Positions 49,388 through 58,225 of a DNA stretch of 64,000 nucleotides are shown piece by piece. The stretch's first letter is position 1. Each line of letters opens with the position of its first letter. The notes beneath the pieces were generated by a model. That model was given only the letters and a program-made list of their open reading frames with translations, ran no database searches and was not told the origin of the DNA. Source of the DNA: Dissulfuribacterales bacterium (GTDB lineage: Bacteria; Desulfobacterota; Dissulfuribacteria; Dissulfuribacterales; DYLC01). Location of the stretch: positions 240,908 through 304,907 of the forward strand of contig JBEULL010000018.1 in assembly GCA_041287365.1 (NCBI GenBank), read 5' to 3'. The position numbers and the translations under genes were made by a program.

Positions 49388-50175
49388 CCGTCAAAAAACG
49401 TCTGGATGTACTGGTGGTAGAGCGAGGTATTGCAGACTCTCGAGCAAAGGCGCAGGCCATAATCACGGCTGGTCAAATACAAGTAAACGGCCAAATCCTG
49501 GACAAATGCGGTCAGCAGGTGCCGGAGAATGCAGAGATATGTCTTTTAAGCAATCCATGTCCTTATGTGAGCAGAGGCGGATTGAAACTGGCGCACGCCC
49601 TGTCGTGTTTTCAAATAAATGTCAGGGGAATGGTCTGCATGGATGTGGGCGCATCCACAGGCGGCTTTACGGACTGTCTGCTGCAATACGGGGCAATGCT
49701 GGTGTATGCAGTGGATGTGGGCTACGGCCAACTGGATTGGAAACTCCGAAACGACAGCCGAGTGGTGGTATTGGAAAAACAGAACATCCGTAACATAGAC
49801 CACACATCGATTCCGGAACCCATAGACCTGCTGGTGATGGACGTCTCCTTCATCTCCTTGAAAACGGCTCTGCCACCTGCCCTGCCCTTTCTCAAACCCT
49901 GCGGAGCCGTGATCGCACTGATCAAGCCGCAATTCGAGGCAGGCAGAGAACAGGTGGGAAAGGGAGGTGTGATCAGGGATGCAAAGGTACGGGAGGAAGT
50001 GGTACAGGGGCTTCGGACATTTTTCAGTCAGGAACTGAAGCTGGAGATAGCTGGTCTGGTTGCATCACCCATTCATGGGGCGAAGGGCAACGAAGAGTAT
50101 CTGATCTATATGAAAATTAATGGAGGATACAAGGAGCATGGGAGAACGGAAGTCGAGTTGGAGGGAAATCGATAA
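49384..50175 (+). CDS. tlyA: TlyA-family rRNA (cytidine-2'-O)-methyltransferase
   Basis: S4-like N-terminus (RLDVLVVERGIADSRAKAQAII), YVSRGGLKL, DVGASTGGFTD, LIKPQFEAG. Confidence 0.85.
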   Translation: MTVKKRLDVLVVERGIADSRAKAQAIITAGQIQVNGQILDKCGQQVPENAEICLLSNPCPYVSRGGLKLAHALSCFQINVRGMVCMDVGASTGGFTDCLLQYGAMLVYAVDVGYGQLDWKLRNDSRVVVLEKQNIRNIDHTSIPEPIDLLVMDVSFISLKTALPPALPFLKPCGAVIALIKPQFEAGREQVGKGGVIRDAKVREEVVQGLRTFFSQELKLEIAGLVASPIHGAKGNEEYLIYMKINGGYKEHGRTEVELEGNR

Positions 50176-50608
50176 ACGCAAGAACAAGTCCGGTTCTTCG
50201 AGTAAAGGGATGAAGAGCCGTTTGGAAAAGGCTCTGGAAAATCCTGCCCTGAAGAAATATTACCTTCAGGAGGTGGAAAAGCTCTTCAGCGGTTCAAAGG
50301 ATGCAGAAAAAGAACGCAGCCTGACAGCGCTTCGAGAACTGTACGGCAGCGCTGCCTTTGAGGAGACAGCCTTGAAATATCACGAACTTTACGGCCTGCC
50401 ACAGGATTGGAGCGGGCTTTTGATGTTTCTGGACCTCAAGGACCAATCGGAAATCGTCACCAAGGCCATGGAACTCCTTGTAGGCATGGCAGCCGAGAGA
50501 AATACACTAGAACGCAACAATCTCAAGGCCAAACTCCGATTTCTGGGCATGACCACAGAGGATACCGACATTCGAGACAAGGCCAACGAATACCTCAAGA
50601 CCATGTGA
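50138..50608 (+). CDS. hypothetical protein with a lysine/serine-rich N-terminus
   Basis: The ORF is co-directional and sits tightly between tlyA and xerD. I recognise no motif. The start is ambiguous (50120, 50138 or 50210), and the first two options overlap tlyA. Confidence 0.45.
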   Translation: MGERKSSWREIDKRKNKSGSSSKGMKSRLEKALENPALKKYYLQEVEKLFSGSKDAEKERSLTALRELYGSAAFEETALKYHELYGLPQDWSGLLMFLDLKDQSEIVTKAMELLVGMAAERNTLERNNLKAKLRFLGMTTEDTDIRDKANEYLKTM

Positions 50609-50614
50609 ACTCCC

Positions 50615-51535
50615 ATGGATTCCACAATAAAATCCGATACAAACACTTGGTTCAGACTCATAGACGACTTTATAGCCCATCTTCGCATTGAAAAAGGGCT
50701 TTCCGGCAATACCAGTGAGGCCTACGCCACAGACTTGAACTTCTTTGTAACTTATGTGACGGATATCGGCATTTACGAACCGGCTGAACTCACACTCACA
50801 GCCATCCTCTCTTGGCTCGTCAGGCAAAAGACGCAAGGCATGCACGCCCGCACCATCTCCAGACGTCTCTCCAGTCTGAGGTCATTTTTCAATTTTCTAC
50901 GTCTTGAACGCATAGTCACATCCAATCCAGTCACCACCATTCAAAATCCGAAGATAGGCCTGTATCTACCGGATGTCCTGAGCGTGGAAGAGGTGGAAAG
51001 GCTTCTGAACGCACCGAATACCAATACTCACCTCGGCATGCGTGACAGGGCTATTCTGGAACTCACCTATGCCTGCGGTCTTCGGGCATCCGAGGCCGTA
51101 ACTTTGAAACTCCATCAGATAGACATGAATTTGGCCTACCTACGCGTCATAGGAAAAGGAAACAAGGAGAGGGTCACCCCCATTGGGGATGTGGCCGTTG
51201 AGATATTGAAGGAATATCTACTGAAGGCCAGACCGCAATTTCTAAGGACAGCGGGCAGTGAATTCCTGTTTCCCAGCCGGAACGGACGGCCTCTCACCCG
51301 CCAGCGCTTCTGGCAGATATTAAAGACTCATGCGTTACAGGCAGGGCTGAAGTCTGAGCTATCCCCTCACTCCCTTCGCCACTCCTTTGCCACGCACCTG
51401 CTGGAAGGCGGGGCCGATCTGCGCGTTGTGCAGATGCTTTTGGGCCATTCCAGCATCACCACCACACAGATATACACACATCTCGACCTGCAACACCTGC
51501 GTGAGGTGCACAAGCGATTCCATCCCAGGGCATAG
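50615..51535 (+). CDS. xerD: tyrosine recombinase XerD/XerC family (XerD-like)
   Basis: N-terminal SAM-like domain (FIAHLRIEKGLSGNTSEAYATDL) and catalytic region (RDRAILELTYACGLRASE, HSLRHSFATHLLEGGADLRVVQMLLGHSSITTTQIYTH). Confidence 0.85.
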   Translation: MDSTIKSDTNTWFRLIDDFIAHLRIEKGLSGNTSEAYATDLNFFVTYVTDIGIYEPAELTLTAILSWLVRQKTQGMHARTISRRLSSLRSFFNFLRLERIVTSNPVTTIQNPKIGLYLPDVLSVEEVERLLNAPNTNTHLGMRDRAILELTYACGLRASEAVTLKLHQIDMNLAYLRVIGKGNKERVTPIGDVAVEILKEYLLKARPQFLRTAGSEFLFPSRNGRPLTRQRFWQILKTHALQAGLKSELSPHSLRHSFATHLLEGGADLRVVQMLLGHSSITTTQIYTHLDLQHLREVHKRFHPRA

Positions 51536-52164
51536 AGAAGCCCTCGAAGGGCACAGGACTTCTGTGGTTCGAATGGTTCGGGTTCAATGCAGGCAGCGCA
51601 TTGGCCGCAAACGGGCTGGCTGGAATGGCCTTCTTAAACACCAATACAGCCGCTGCGGCAGCCGCCCTGGCCTGGATGGCTATGGACTGGCTCTTCTATA
51701 AAAAATGCACTGTGCTGGGCATGGCCTCCGGCGCTGTGGCAGGGTTGGTGGGCATCACGCCTGCGGCAGGTTTTGTTGACATAGCCGGAGCCTTTATAAT
51801 CGGCATAGCGGTAGGCGTGATTCCGTTTCTGATAATCGCAAAGATCAAACCACGACTTGGCTATGACGACACACTGGATGCCTTTGGCATACACGGTGTG
51901 GCAGGTTTTATGGGAGCGATACTGACGAGCATTTTGGCTAATCCAGCCATAAACCAGGCAGGTAAGGGTGTAATATACGGAAATGGTAGTCAATTTCTTA
52001 CACAATTTCTTGCAGCAGGCGCGACTTTTGTGTATTCTGGCATAGCAACCCTAGTCATACTGGTAATTATAAAAGCGACCATTGGCATTCGAGTGGAAAA
52101 CGAAGAGGAGATCAAGGGGCTTGACGAGACACAGCACGGCAAAACCGCCTATTTTTTCCTCTAA
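51536..52164 (+). pseudogene. amt: ammonium transporter (Amt) gene remnant: C-terminal half only
   Basis: The reading frame is open from the base after the xerD stop. It reads ...KGTGLLWFEWFGFNAGSALAANG..., which is a mid-protein Amt signature. It continues through DDTLDAFGIHGVAGFMGAIL to a normal Amt C-terminus. About 200 N-terminal residues are absent. The first in-frame start is TTG 51601. Confidence 0.75.
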
Positions 52165-52191
52165 AGTAAAATTACAAAGACATGAGGCATC

Positions 52192-52530
52192 ATGAGAAAG
52201 ATAGAAGCGATTCTAAAACCATCCAGATTCGAGCAGGTAAAGGACGCCCTGAACAAAATAGGCGTAAAGGGCATGACAGTATCGGAAGTAAAGGGCTATG
52301 GCAGACAAAAAGGTCACAAAGAGGTCTATCGCGGCACTGAATATGTAGTTGATTTGATTCCGAAGATCAAGATTGAGATTGTAGCCGAGGCTGCACAGAT
52401 TCCCATGATTATCGATACGATCATCGCAGAGGCCAATACAGGCACCATAGGCGATGGCAAAATATTCGTTATGCCCATAGAAGATGTAATAAGGGTGAGA
52501 ACAAAGGAACGCGGTAAAGAGGCTATATAG
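52192..52530 (+). CDS. glnK: P-II nitrogen regulatory protein (GlnK type, Amt-linked)
   Basis: 112 aa: MRKIEAILKPSRFEQVKDAL...GVKGMTVSEVKGYGRQKGH (T-loop Tyr context)...TGTIGDGKIFV. Confidence 0.9.
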   Translation: MRKIEAILKPSRFEQVKDALNKIGVKGMTVSEVKGYGRQKGHKEVYRGTEYVVDLIPKIKIEIVAEAAQIPMIIDTIIAEANTGTIGDGKIFVMPIEDVIRVRTKERGKEAI

Positions 52531-52561
52531 TGCAATTCGCAACGATAAATTAACATTGATT

Positions 52562-52601
52562 CAATAGCGTATTCATATCAGACATGAATACGCTATTTTT
52601 T
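52562..52601 (+). terminator. intrinsic terminator after glnK
   Basis: 14-bp perfect stem AATAGCGTATTCAT / ATGAATACGCTATT with a 7-nt loop, then a T-run (TTTTTTT). Confidence 0.8.
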
Positions 52602-52624
52602 TGAATTGACAACAGACAGATATT

Positions 52625-54586
52625 ATGAAAAATCTACAACTCAGCACAAGATTCGCACTTATAACAGGTGGAATATGCGGTTTATTCTATCTATTATTCG
52701 TATTGTTGAGCTATAATTATTTAAAAGAACAAACCCTTCGCGTGGGATCAGAAAAGGCACATATCATTCTCGATATCATGAACGGCATCGATGCCTATAT
52801 CAATCAGACTCTAAGGCCAAAAATTATGAACCTGATGCCTGACATACAAGAAAATCCACATGCATTCATTCCGGAGATACTTTCCACCACTAAAATCAAA
52901 AACATAGTACTCGAAAAGGCTAAACTCGAAAATTTTCAATTCACATATAAAAGGATGTCTATAAATCCACGCAACAAGGATAATGGATTAAGTGAATTAT
53001 ATGCCGAAATACTGACAGTATTTCAAAAAAATCGAGAGATGAATGAATGGCAGGGCATAAAATCCATAGATAAACATAGATTTTTTATCCTTGCGAAACC
53101 GATCTATATAAAAGAAAATTGTTTAAGATGTCATGGCGATGCAAATCAAGCGCCTGTCGGACTTATTGCAAAATATGGAAGTGAAGCCGGATTCAGGTTC
53201 AAGACAAATGATTTGATGGGTCTGGAAGCGGTTTCCATTTCCATGGATGTAATATGGAATGAAATCATTCAGACAACCATAAATATCTGTACAATAGGCA
53301 TTATAATAATAGTTCTGTTGTTCATAGCTATTGAAGGTGGTTTTATCAGACTTGTAGGACATCCACTGAAAAAAATAGCCCAACACTTTACTAATATCAG
53401 TCAAAATATGTTGTTAGACACAGCAACCTTAAAAGTAAAGAAACATGATGAAATAGGCGAATTGATACAATCATTCAATCTAATGATAGAAAATCTCAAA
53501 CAAGCCTATGAAAACATCAAATCAAATGCAACAATTTTACAGACTATAATCAATGGAATAAGTGATCCACTTGCACTGATAGGGAAAGATTGCAATATGA
53601 TAGCCGCAAATAACACATATCAGGAATGGATATCCAAAAACAAAAAAATAGTGTTAAATACCATAGAAAAAGAACAACAAAATTGCAATTCAGAAACAAT
53701 AACATGCCAAAAAATCAAAAGACTATTAAACAATAAAGAAGAAATTATTGAAGAGTATAAAACAGAAAATGATGAATATTATTTAATACATTTATATCCA
53801 ATCAAAAACAACCAAAATGAAGTCATAAAAATAGTACATTATATTCAGGATATAACGAAACAAAAAAGATTGGAATTACAGATGGCACATGCTGAAAAAA
53901 TGGCAACAATCGGCCAGATGGCGGCAGGATTTGCTCATGAAATCAACAATCCATTGAGTATAATCCAGTGTTATACAAAATTATTGATCAAGAAATTTCT
54001 AAACGATCAGGAAACAATAAACGATCTCAAAATAATAGAGAAACATATCAATTCATCAAAAAATATAGTGGAAAATCTATTATATTTTTCAAGACACAAA
54101 AAAACAATTTACGAACAAATTAATATAAACAACATTATATTCGAAACCATTTCAATAACTAAAATACAATTCGAAAAGAAAAACATCATTATCACAAAAA
54201 GATTTCAAGAAAATCTTCCGATGATTTACGGCGACCGTGAAAAGCTGAAACAGGTGTTGCTCAACATTCTACTCAACGCGGAACAGGCCATCTCAAGTCA
54301 TGGCGAGATCACCATCACAACCGGTTTCGATGAAAACCGGAACGATGTGTATATCTCAATAAAAGACACTGGCTGCGGCATTTCAGCGCAGCACCTGAAT
54401 CATGTGTTCGAACCATTCTTCACCACAAAGCCACCCGGTGAAGGGACGGGGCTTGGACTTTTCGTGTCCTATGGTATCATTCGCGAACACAAGGGAGATA
54501 TCCTTCTAAAGAGCACAGAAGGTCAAGGGACGGAGATATTCATCACACTACCCGGCCTATTATATGAAAACCAAACTGACGTATGA
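52625..54586 (+). CDS. sensor histidine kinase with a periplasmic CxxCH (DUF3365/Tll0287-like, putative c-type haem) domain, HAMP, PAS, HisKA and HATPase
   Basis: TM1 at residues ~10-30, CLRCH at residues 166-170 (nt 53120-53134) and TM2 at ~215-240. HAMP-like (HDEIGELIQSFNLMIENL). H-box FAHEINNPL. N/G boxes LLLNAEQA, DTGCGI, GTGLGL. Confidence 0.85.
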   Translation: MKNLQLSTRFALITGGICGLFYLLFVLLSYNYLKEQTLRVGSEKAHIILDIMNGIDAYINQTLRPKIMNLMPDIQENPHAFIPEILSTTKIKNIVLEKAKLENFQFTYKRMSINPRNKDNGLSELYAEILTVFQKNREMNEWQGIKSIDKHRFFILAKPIYIKENCLRCHGDANQAPVGLIAKYGSEAGFRFKTNDLMGLEAVSISMDVIWNEIIQTTINICTIGIIIIVLLFIAIEGGFIRLVGHPLKKIAQHFTNISQNMLLDTATLKVKKHDEIGELIQSFNLMIENLKQAYENIKSNATILQTIINGISDPLALIGKDCNMIAANNTYQEWISKNKKIVLNTIEKEQQNCNSETITCQKIKRLLNNKEEIIEEYKTENDEYYLIHLYPIKNNQNEVIKIVHYIQDITKQKRLELQMAHAEKMATIGQMAAGFAHEINNPLSIIQCYTKLLIKKFLNDQETINDLKIIEKHINSSKNIVENLLYFSRHKKTIYEQININNIIFETISITKIQFEKKNIIITKRFQENLPMIYGDREKLKQVLLNILLNAEQAISSHGEITITTGFDENRNDVYISIKDTGCGISAQHLNHVFEPFFTTKPPGEGTGLGLFVSYGIIREHKGDILLKSTEGQGTEIFITLPGLLYENQTDV

Positions 54587-56007
54587 AACCAGAGCCAGTT
54601 ACTCCGCAAAAACTATTGATAATTGACGACGAACCGGACCTGTTGCTGGGTCTGAAGCGTCTGTTGCAGCCTTATTTCAGGCAGGTTCAGGTAATGACAG
54701 CCGAATCGCCTCACACCGCATTGGAACTCATTAAAAATGAGACCGTGAATGTAGTACTGAGCGATATTCGTATGCCAGGCATGGATGGAATGGCCCTGCT
54801 TCAAATGCTGAAGAAGAACGCAGCTCCTCCTACCGTAGTGCTCATGACCGCCTATGGCACCATAGATCTGGCCATCGATGCCTTAAAGCAGGGTGCCTAT
54901 GACTTTCTCACCAAACCATTGGACGAAGACAGGCTTGTTCACACTCTGCAAAAGGCCCTGGAGCGCCAGCAACTGCTGGAAAAGACCTCGCTTCTGGAAA
55001 AAGAGTTGCATCAAAGAAAAGGACTTGCCGATACATTCATCGGCACCAGCCCTGCCCTCAAGAAGGCTATAGATACCATCGCCCTTGCCGCCGGAACCGA
55101 TGTCCCTGTGCTCATAACCGGCGAAAGCGGCACAGGAAAAGAACTGGCTGCAAAGGCCCTGCATTCATGGAGTAACCGCAGCGCCCACGAATTTGTTGCC
55201 ATCAACTGCGCCGCCATGCCCGCAGAACTCCTGGAAAGCGAGCTCTTCGGTCACAAAAAAGGGGCATTCACTCATGCCATAGCCGATAAAAAGGGGCTTT
55301 TCGAACTTGCCGATAAGGGTACCCTCTTTCTCGATGAAATAGGAGATATGCCCCTTACGCTTCAAGCCAAACTACTGCGTGTGCTGCAAGAGGGAGAGAT
55401 TCGTCCCATTGGAGACAACCACACCAGAAAGGTGGATGTTCGAGTTATAGCTGCTACAAATAAACCCATCAAAACCATGTTGGAACGAGAGGAATTCCGG
55501 CAGGACCTCTTCTTCAGGCTCAATGTCATCGAGATACAGATGCCTCCATTGCGAGAGATGCGGGAAGACATTCCCATCCTGGCGCAACACTTTTTGCAAC
55601 AATTTTTGAAGGAAACCGGCATGCCTCCCAAAACCTTTTCAAGAGAGGCCCTGATTCAGCTTTCCACCTGGCATTGGCCTGGAAATGTCAGGGAACTTCA
55701 AAACTTGGTGAAACGGGCTGCCATTTTCAGCTCAGGTGACACGATTCTACCGGAAGACCTGCAGATTCCAGCCAAACGCGGCTGTGCCGGCGGAGACTTA
55801 AACGGCCTGGTGAACATGCAGTATCATGAGGCCAAAGAAACGGTCATGCGTACCTTCACAACGCAGTATCTCACTCAAATACTGAGGTCCACCAACTGCA
55901 ACATCACACTGGCCGCCAAGCGCTGCGGCCTCGAACGCCAGTCCCTGCAACAGCTCATTCGACGCTATGGAATCAGTGTGGACGAAATAAAAAACACTGC
56001 AAACTAA
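54583..56007 (+). CDS. sigma-54-dependent response regulator (NtrC family: REC, AAA+ and Fis-type HTH)
   Basis: REC (LLIIDDEPD...SDIRMPGMDG). AAA+ with GESGTGKE, the GAFTHA (GAFTGA-like) loop, and ELFGH. C-terminal HTH. ATGA-type 4-nt overlap with the kinase. Confidence 0.9.
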   Translation: MKPEPVTPQKLLIIDDEPDLLLGLKRLLQPYFRQVQVMTAESPHTALELIKNETVNVVLSDIRMPGMDGMALLQMLKKNAAPPTVVLMTAYGTIDLAIDALKQGAYDFLTKPLDEDRLVHTLQKALERQQLLEKTSLLEKELHQRKGLADTFIGTSPALKKAIDTIALAAGTDVPVLITGESGTGKELAAKALHSWSNRSAHEFVAINCAAMPAELLESELFGHKKGAFTHAIADKKGLFELADKGTLFLDEIGDMPLTLQAKLLRVLQEGEIRPIGDNHTRKVDVRVIAATNKPIKTMLEREEFRQDLFFRLNVIEIQMPPLREMREDIPILAQHFLQQFLKETGMPPKTFSREALIQLSTWHWPGNVRELQNLVKRAAIFSSGDTILPEDLQIPAKRGCAGGDLNGLVNMQYHEAKETVMRTFTTQYLTQILRSTNCNITLAAKRCGLERQSLQQLIRRYGISVDEIKNTAN

Positions 56008-56161
56008 ATCTTGCACTGCAAATAAAAAAATACAGCAATACCCCTGTTACAGCACCCTAACCTTTGAGATCTGACTGGAAATCAAGCGGATTTCATGGGG
56101 TTTTCAAGGCATTTCACACAATTTTCCATCATATTCCATATAATTTTCCAATTTTAGTTCA

Positions 56162-56177
56162 AGGCACAACTGTTGCA
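56162..56177 (+). promoter_or_regulatory. sigma-54 (-24/-12) promoter
   Basis: AGGCACaactgTTGCA matches TGGCAC-N5-TTGCA at all positions except the first T. GG is at 56163-4 and GC at 56175-6. It lies about 173 nt upstream of the 56350 ATG and directly downstream of a sigma-54 activator gene. Confidence 0.6.
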
Positions 56178-56240
56178 ATTTGAAGCCATGCAGCGACATC
56201 TTGCGGCCTGTTTTCATTTCTATTGCAAAGGAGGGCGACC

Positions 56241-56249
56241 ATGGCATAA
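56241..56249 (+). promoter_or_regulatory. minimal leader ORF (ATG GCA TAA) behind a strong SD
   Basis: AAGGAGGG (56228-56235), 5 nt, then ATG-GCA-TAA. It lies within the predicted sigma-54 transcript leader. Confidence 0.3.
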
Positions 56250-56349
56250 GATTTCACTTCATTCCGGCGTTTTTTAAATAAATTTGACAAGATTTTTTTA
56301 CAAAACCATCACCTTTCATTATCGACACAACTGCACAGAGGAGGTTTCC

Positions 56350-58101
56350 ATGGCAGAAATCGAAGAAAAAAAGGGATTGATCAGTGAAGATTGGCTGTCC
56401 TTGATTCTGGGCCTCATCGTCTTTGTCCTCTCACTTGGAGTCTTTCAGAACATGGACATTCTTGGCTGGGGCGTCACAACAAAGATGTGGACGAATCCAG
56501 GAAAAATAAACGGTGTGGTCTCCAAGGTCTATCAGCCGCTCAAGGGTGAAATAACCAAGATAGACGGCAAGACCCTGGTCATCAAAAAATCCGATGGCAA
56601 GGAGGAAAAGGTAACGGTAGAAGACGTATCCCGCTATAAAGTGGGGGACAAGTATGAAAAAGACGGTATCTCCGGCAATACCGCCCTGTTTCTCACCTTT
56701 TTGGCCATGCTGGTCTTGATGGGCTTTGGCGCCCTGCTCTTGGGTGCAAACCTGTCTCGCTTTCTCATAGGCTTTACAGCAGTCTTCTGGATCAGCTATC
56801 TATGTTGGGTTTTGGGGCACTGGGCCTACATAGCAGCCACCAAGGCGGATCTCGCCAAGTTCAATATTCCATGGTCACTCAGCATGACCGGTGAGTTCGG
56901 CTTCATCATCGCCCTGGTTGCAGGCCTCATCATCGGCAATTTCGTGCCAAAATTGGCCGACTTTATGAAAGAGGCCGCGCGTCCAGAACTCTACATCAAG
57001 ACAGCCATCGTCATTATGGGCGCTACACTTGGACTCAAAGCCGCTCAATCCTTCGGTCTGGCCACCAACATCATGTTTCGCGGGCTTTGCGCCATAGTGG
57101 AGGCATATCTCATCTACTGGGCATTCACCTACTGGGTGGCCAGAAAATACTTCAAATTCAGCCGTGAATGGTCGGCGCCACTGGCCTCGGGCATCTCCAT
57201 CTGCGGAGTCTCGGCTGCCATAGCCACAGGCGGAGCCATTCGAGCCAGGCCTGTGGTACCCATCATGGTCTCTTCCCTGGTGGTTATCTTCGTGGCCATT
57301 GAAATGATCATCCTGCCGTTTATCGCTCAGGTCTTTCTTTGGAAAGAACCATTGGTGGCAGGCGCATGGATGGGTCTGGCAGTGAAATCCGACGGTGGTG
57401 CCATTGCAAGCGGCGCCATCGCAGACTCATTGATTCGTGCCAAGGCCATGGATATGACGGGCATCAACTATGCAGAGGGATGGATCACCATGACCGCAAC
57501 CACGGTCAAGATGTTCATCGACATCTTCATAGGCGTGTGGGCCTTTGTACTGGCCATCATCTGGTGCACCAAGATCGATTGCAAACCAGGCCAGAAGACC
57601 AGCGCCATTGAGATATGGAACCGCTTTCCCAAGTTCGTTATAGGCTATGTACTCACATTCTTCATTCTGCTCTTTATATGTTGGCCGGCAGCCAAGACAG
57701 TAGGTCCTACCACTGACCAGATGAACAAACTGAAGGTGGAGATACAGAGCATCGAAAAACAGGTGAGCGGCGCGGCGGCGGAGAACAAGGCAGCCCTTGA
57801 GGCCAAACTGACCGATGCCAAGGCCAAGATAAAAGATATGGAGGCCAGCATCAAGGAACCCAAAAAACTCCTTGATACAGCCAGGCTTTCCACAGAGGAA
57901 GGAGATACCTTCAGAAAGCTCTTCTTCCTGCTCTGCTTCTTCACCATCGGCCTGGTATCCAACTTCAAGAAGCTCATGGAGGAAGGCATCGGTAAACTGG
58001 CAGCTGTCTACGCCGTGTGCCTGTTCGGATTCATAATCTGGATCGCCCTGCTGATCTCCTGGCTCTTTTTCCACGGAGTGAAGCCGCCGGTAATAACCTG
58101 A
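56350..58101 (+). CDS. polytopic membrane protein, YeiH/UPF0324-like (putative sulfate-exporter family) with extra N-terminal soluble insert and C-terminal coiled-coil insert
   Basis: Many TM helices and an SGISICGVSAAIATGGA motif like the UPF0324 ICG-SA signature. Start at ATG 56350 (GGAGG 6 nt upstream), not TTG 56284. The family call is from memory of the motif only. Confidence 0.6.
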   Translation: MAEIEEKKGLISEDWLSLILGLIVFVLSLGVFQNMDILGWGVTTKMWTNPGKINGVVSKVYQPLKGEITKIDGKTLVIKKSDGKEEKVTVEDVSRYKVGDKYEKDGISGNTALFLTFLAMLVLMGFGALLLGANLSRFLIGFTAVFWISYLCWVLGHWAYIAATKADLAKFNIPWSLSMTGEFGFIIALVAGLIIGNFVPKLADFMKEAARPELYIKTAIVIMGATLGLKAAQSFGLATNIMFRGLCAIVEAYLIYWAFTYWVARKYFKFSREWSAPLASGISICGVSAAIATGGAIRARPVVPIMVSSLVVIFVAIEMIILPFIAQVFLWKEPLVAGAWMGLAVKSDGGAIASGAIADSLIRAKAMDMTGINYAEGWITMTATTVKMFIDIFIGVWAFVLAIIWCTKIDCKPGQKTSAIEIWNRFPKFVIGYVLTFFILLFICWPAAKTVGPTTDQMNKLKVEIQSIEKQVSGAAAENKAALEAKLTDAKAKIKDMEASIKEPKKLLDTARLSTEEGDTFRKLFFLLCFFTIGLVSNFKKLMEEGIGKLAAVYAVCLFGFIIWIALLISWLFFHGVKPPVIT

Positions 58102-58146
58102 TTCACACTTCTAACGTTTCAGGGCAGCCGACTGGTATTCTGGAAT

Positions 58147-58167
58147 GGGCAGGCACATGGCCTGCCC
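58147..58167 (+). other. GC-rich intercistronic stem-loop (no T-run)
   Basis: GGGCAGGC / GCCTGCCC, an 8-bp perfect stem with loop ACATG, lying between the membrane-protein gene and the microprotein ORF. Confidence 0.4.
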
Positions 58168-58225
58168 CTACATAAGATGATATGTGTTAACCTCACACAA
58201 AAATTCTCTTGAAAGGAGTAGCTAT

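Noticed and set aside
50615-51535. XerD-like recombinase as the integrase of an integrated mobile element or genomic island
   Set aside because: The sequence is strongly XerC/XerD-like (HSLRHSFATHLLEGGADLRVVQMLLGH...TTQIYTH). It sits in a housekeeping run (valS-nadC-tlyA). I saw no flanking direct repeats, tRNA target, excisionase, or phage or transposon genes. Its adjacency to the amt truncation is recorded as a finding, but I make no mobile-element call.
56284-56349. TTG start at 56284 for the YeiH-like membrane protein
   Set aside because: It would add 22 non-hydrophobic residues with no SD. The ATG at 56350 has GGAGG 6 nt upstream.
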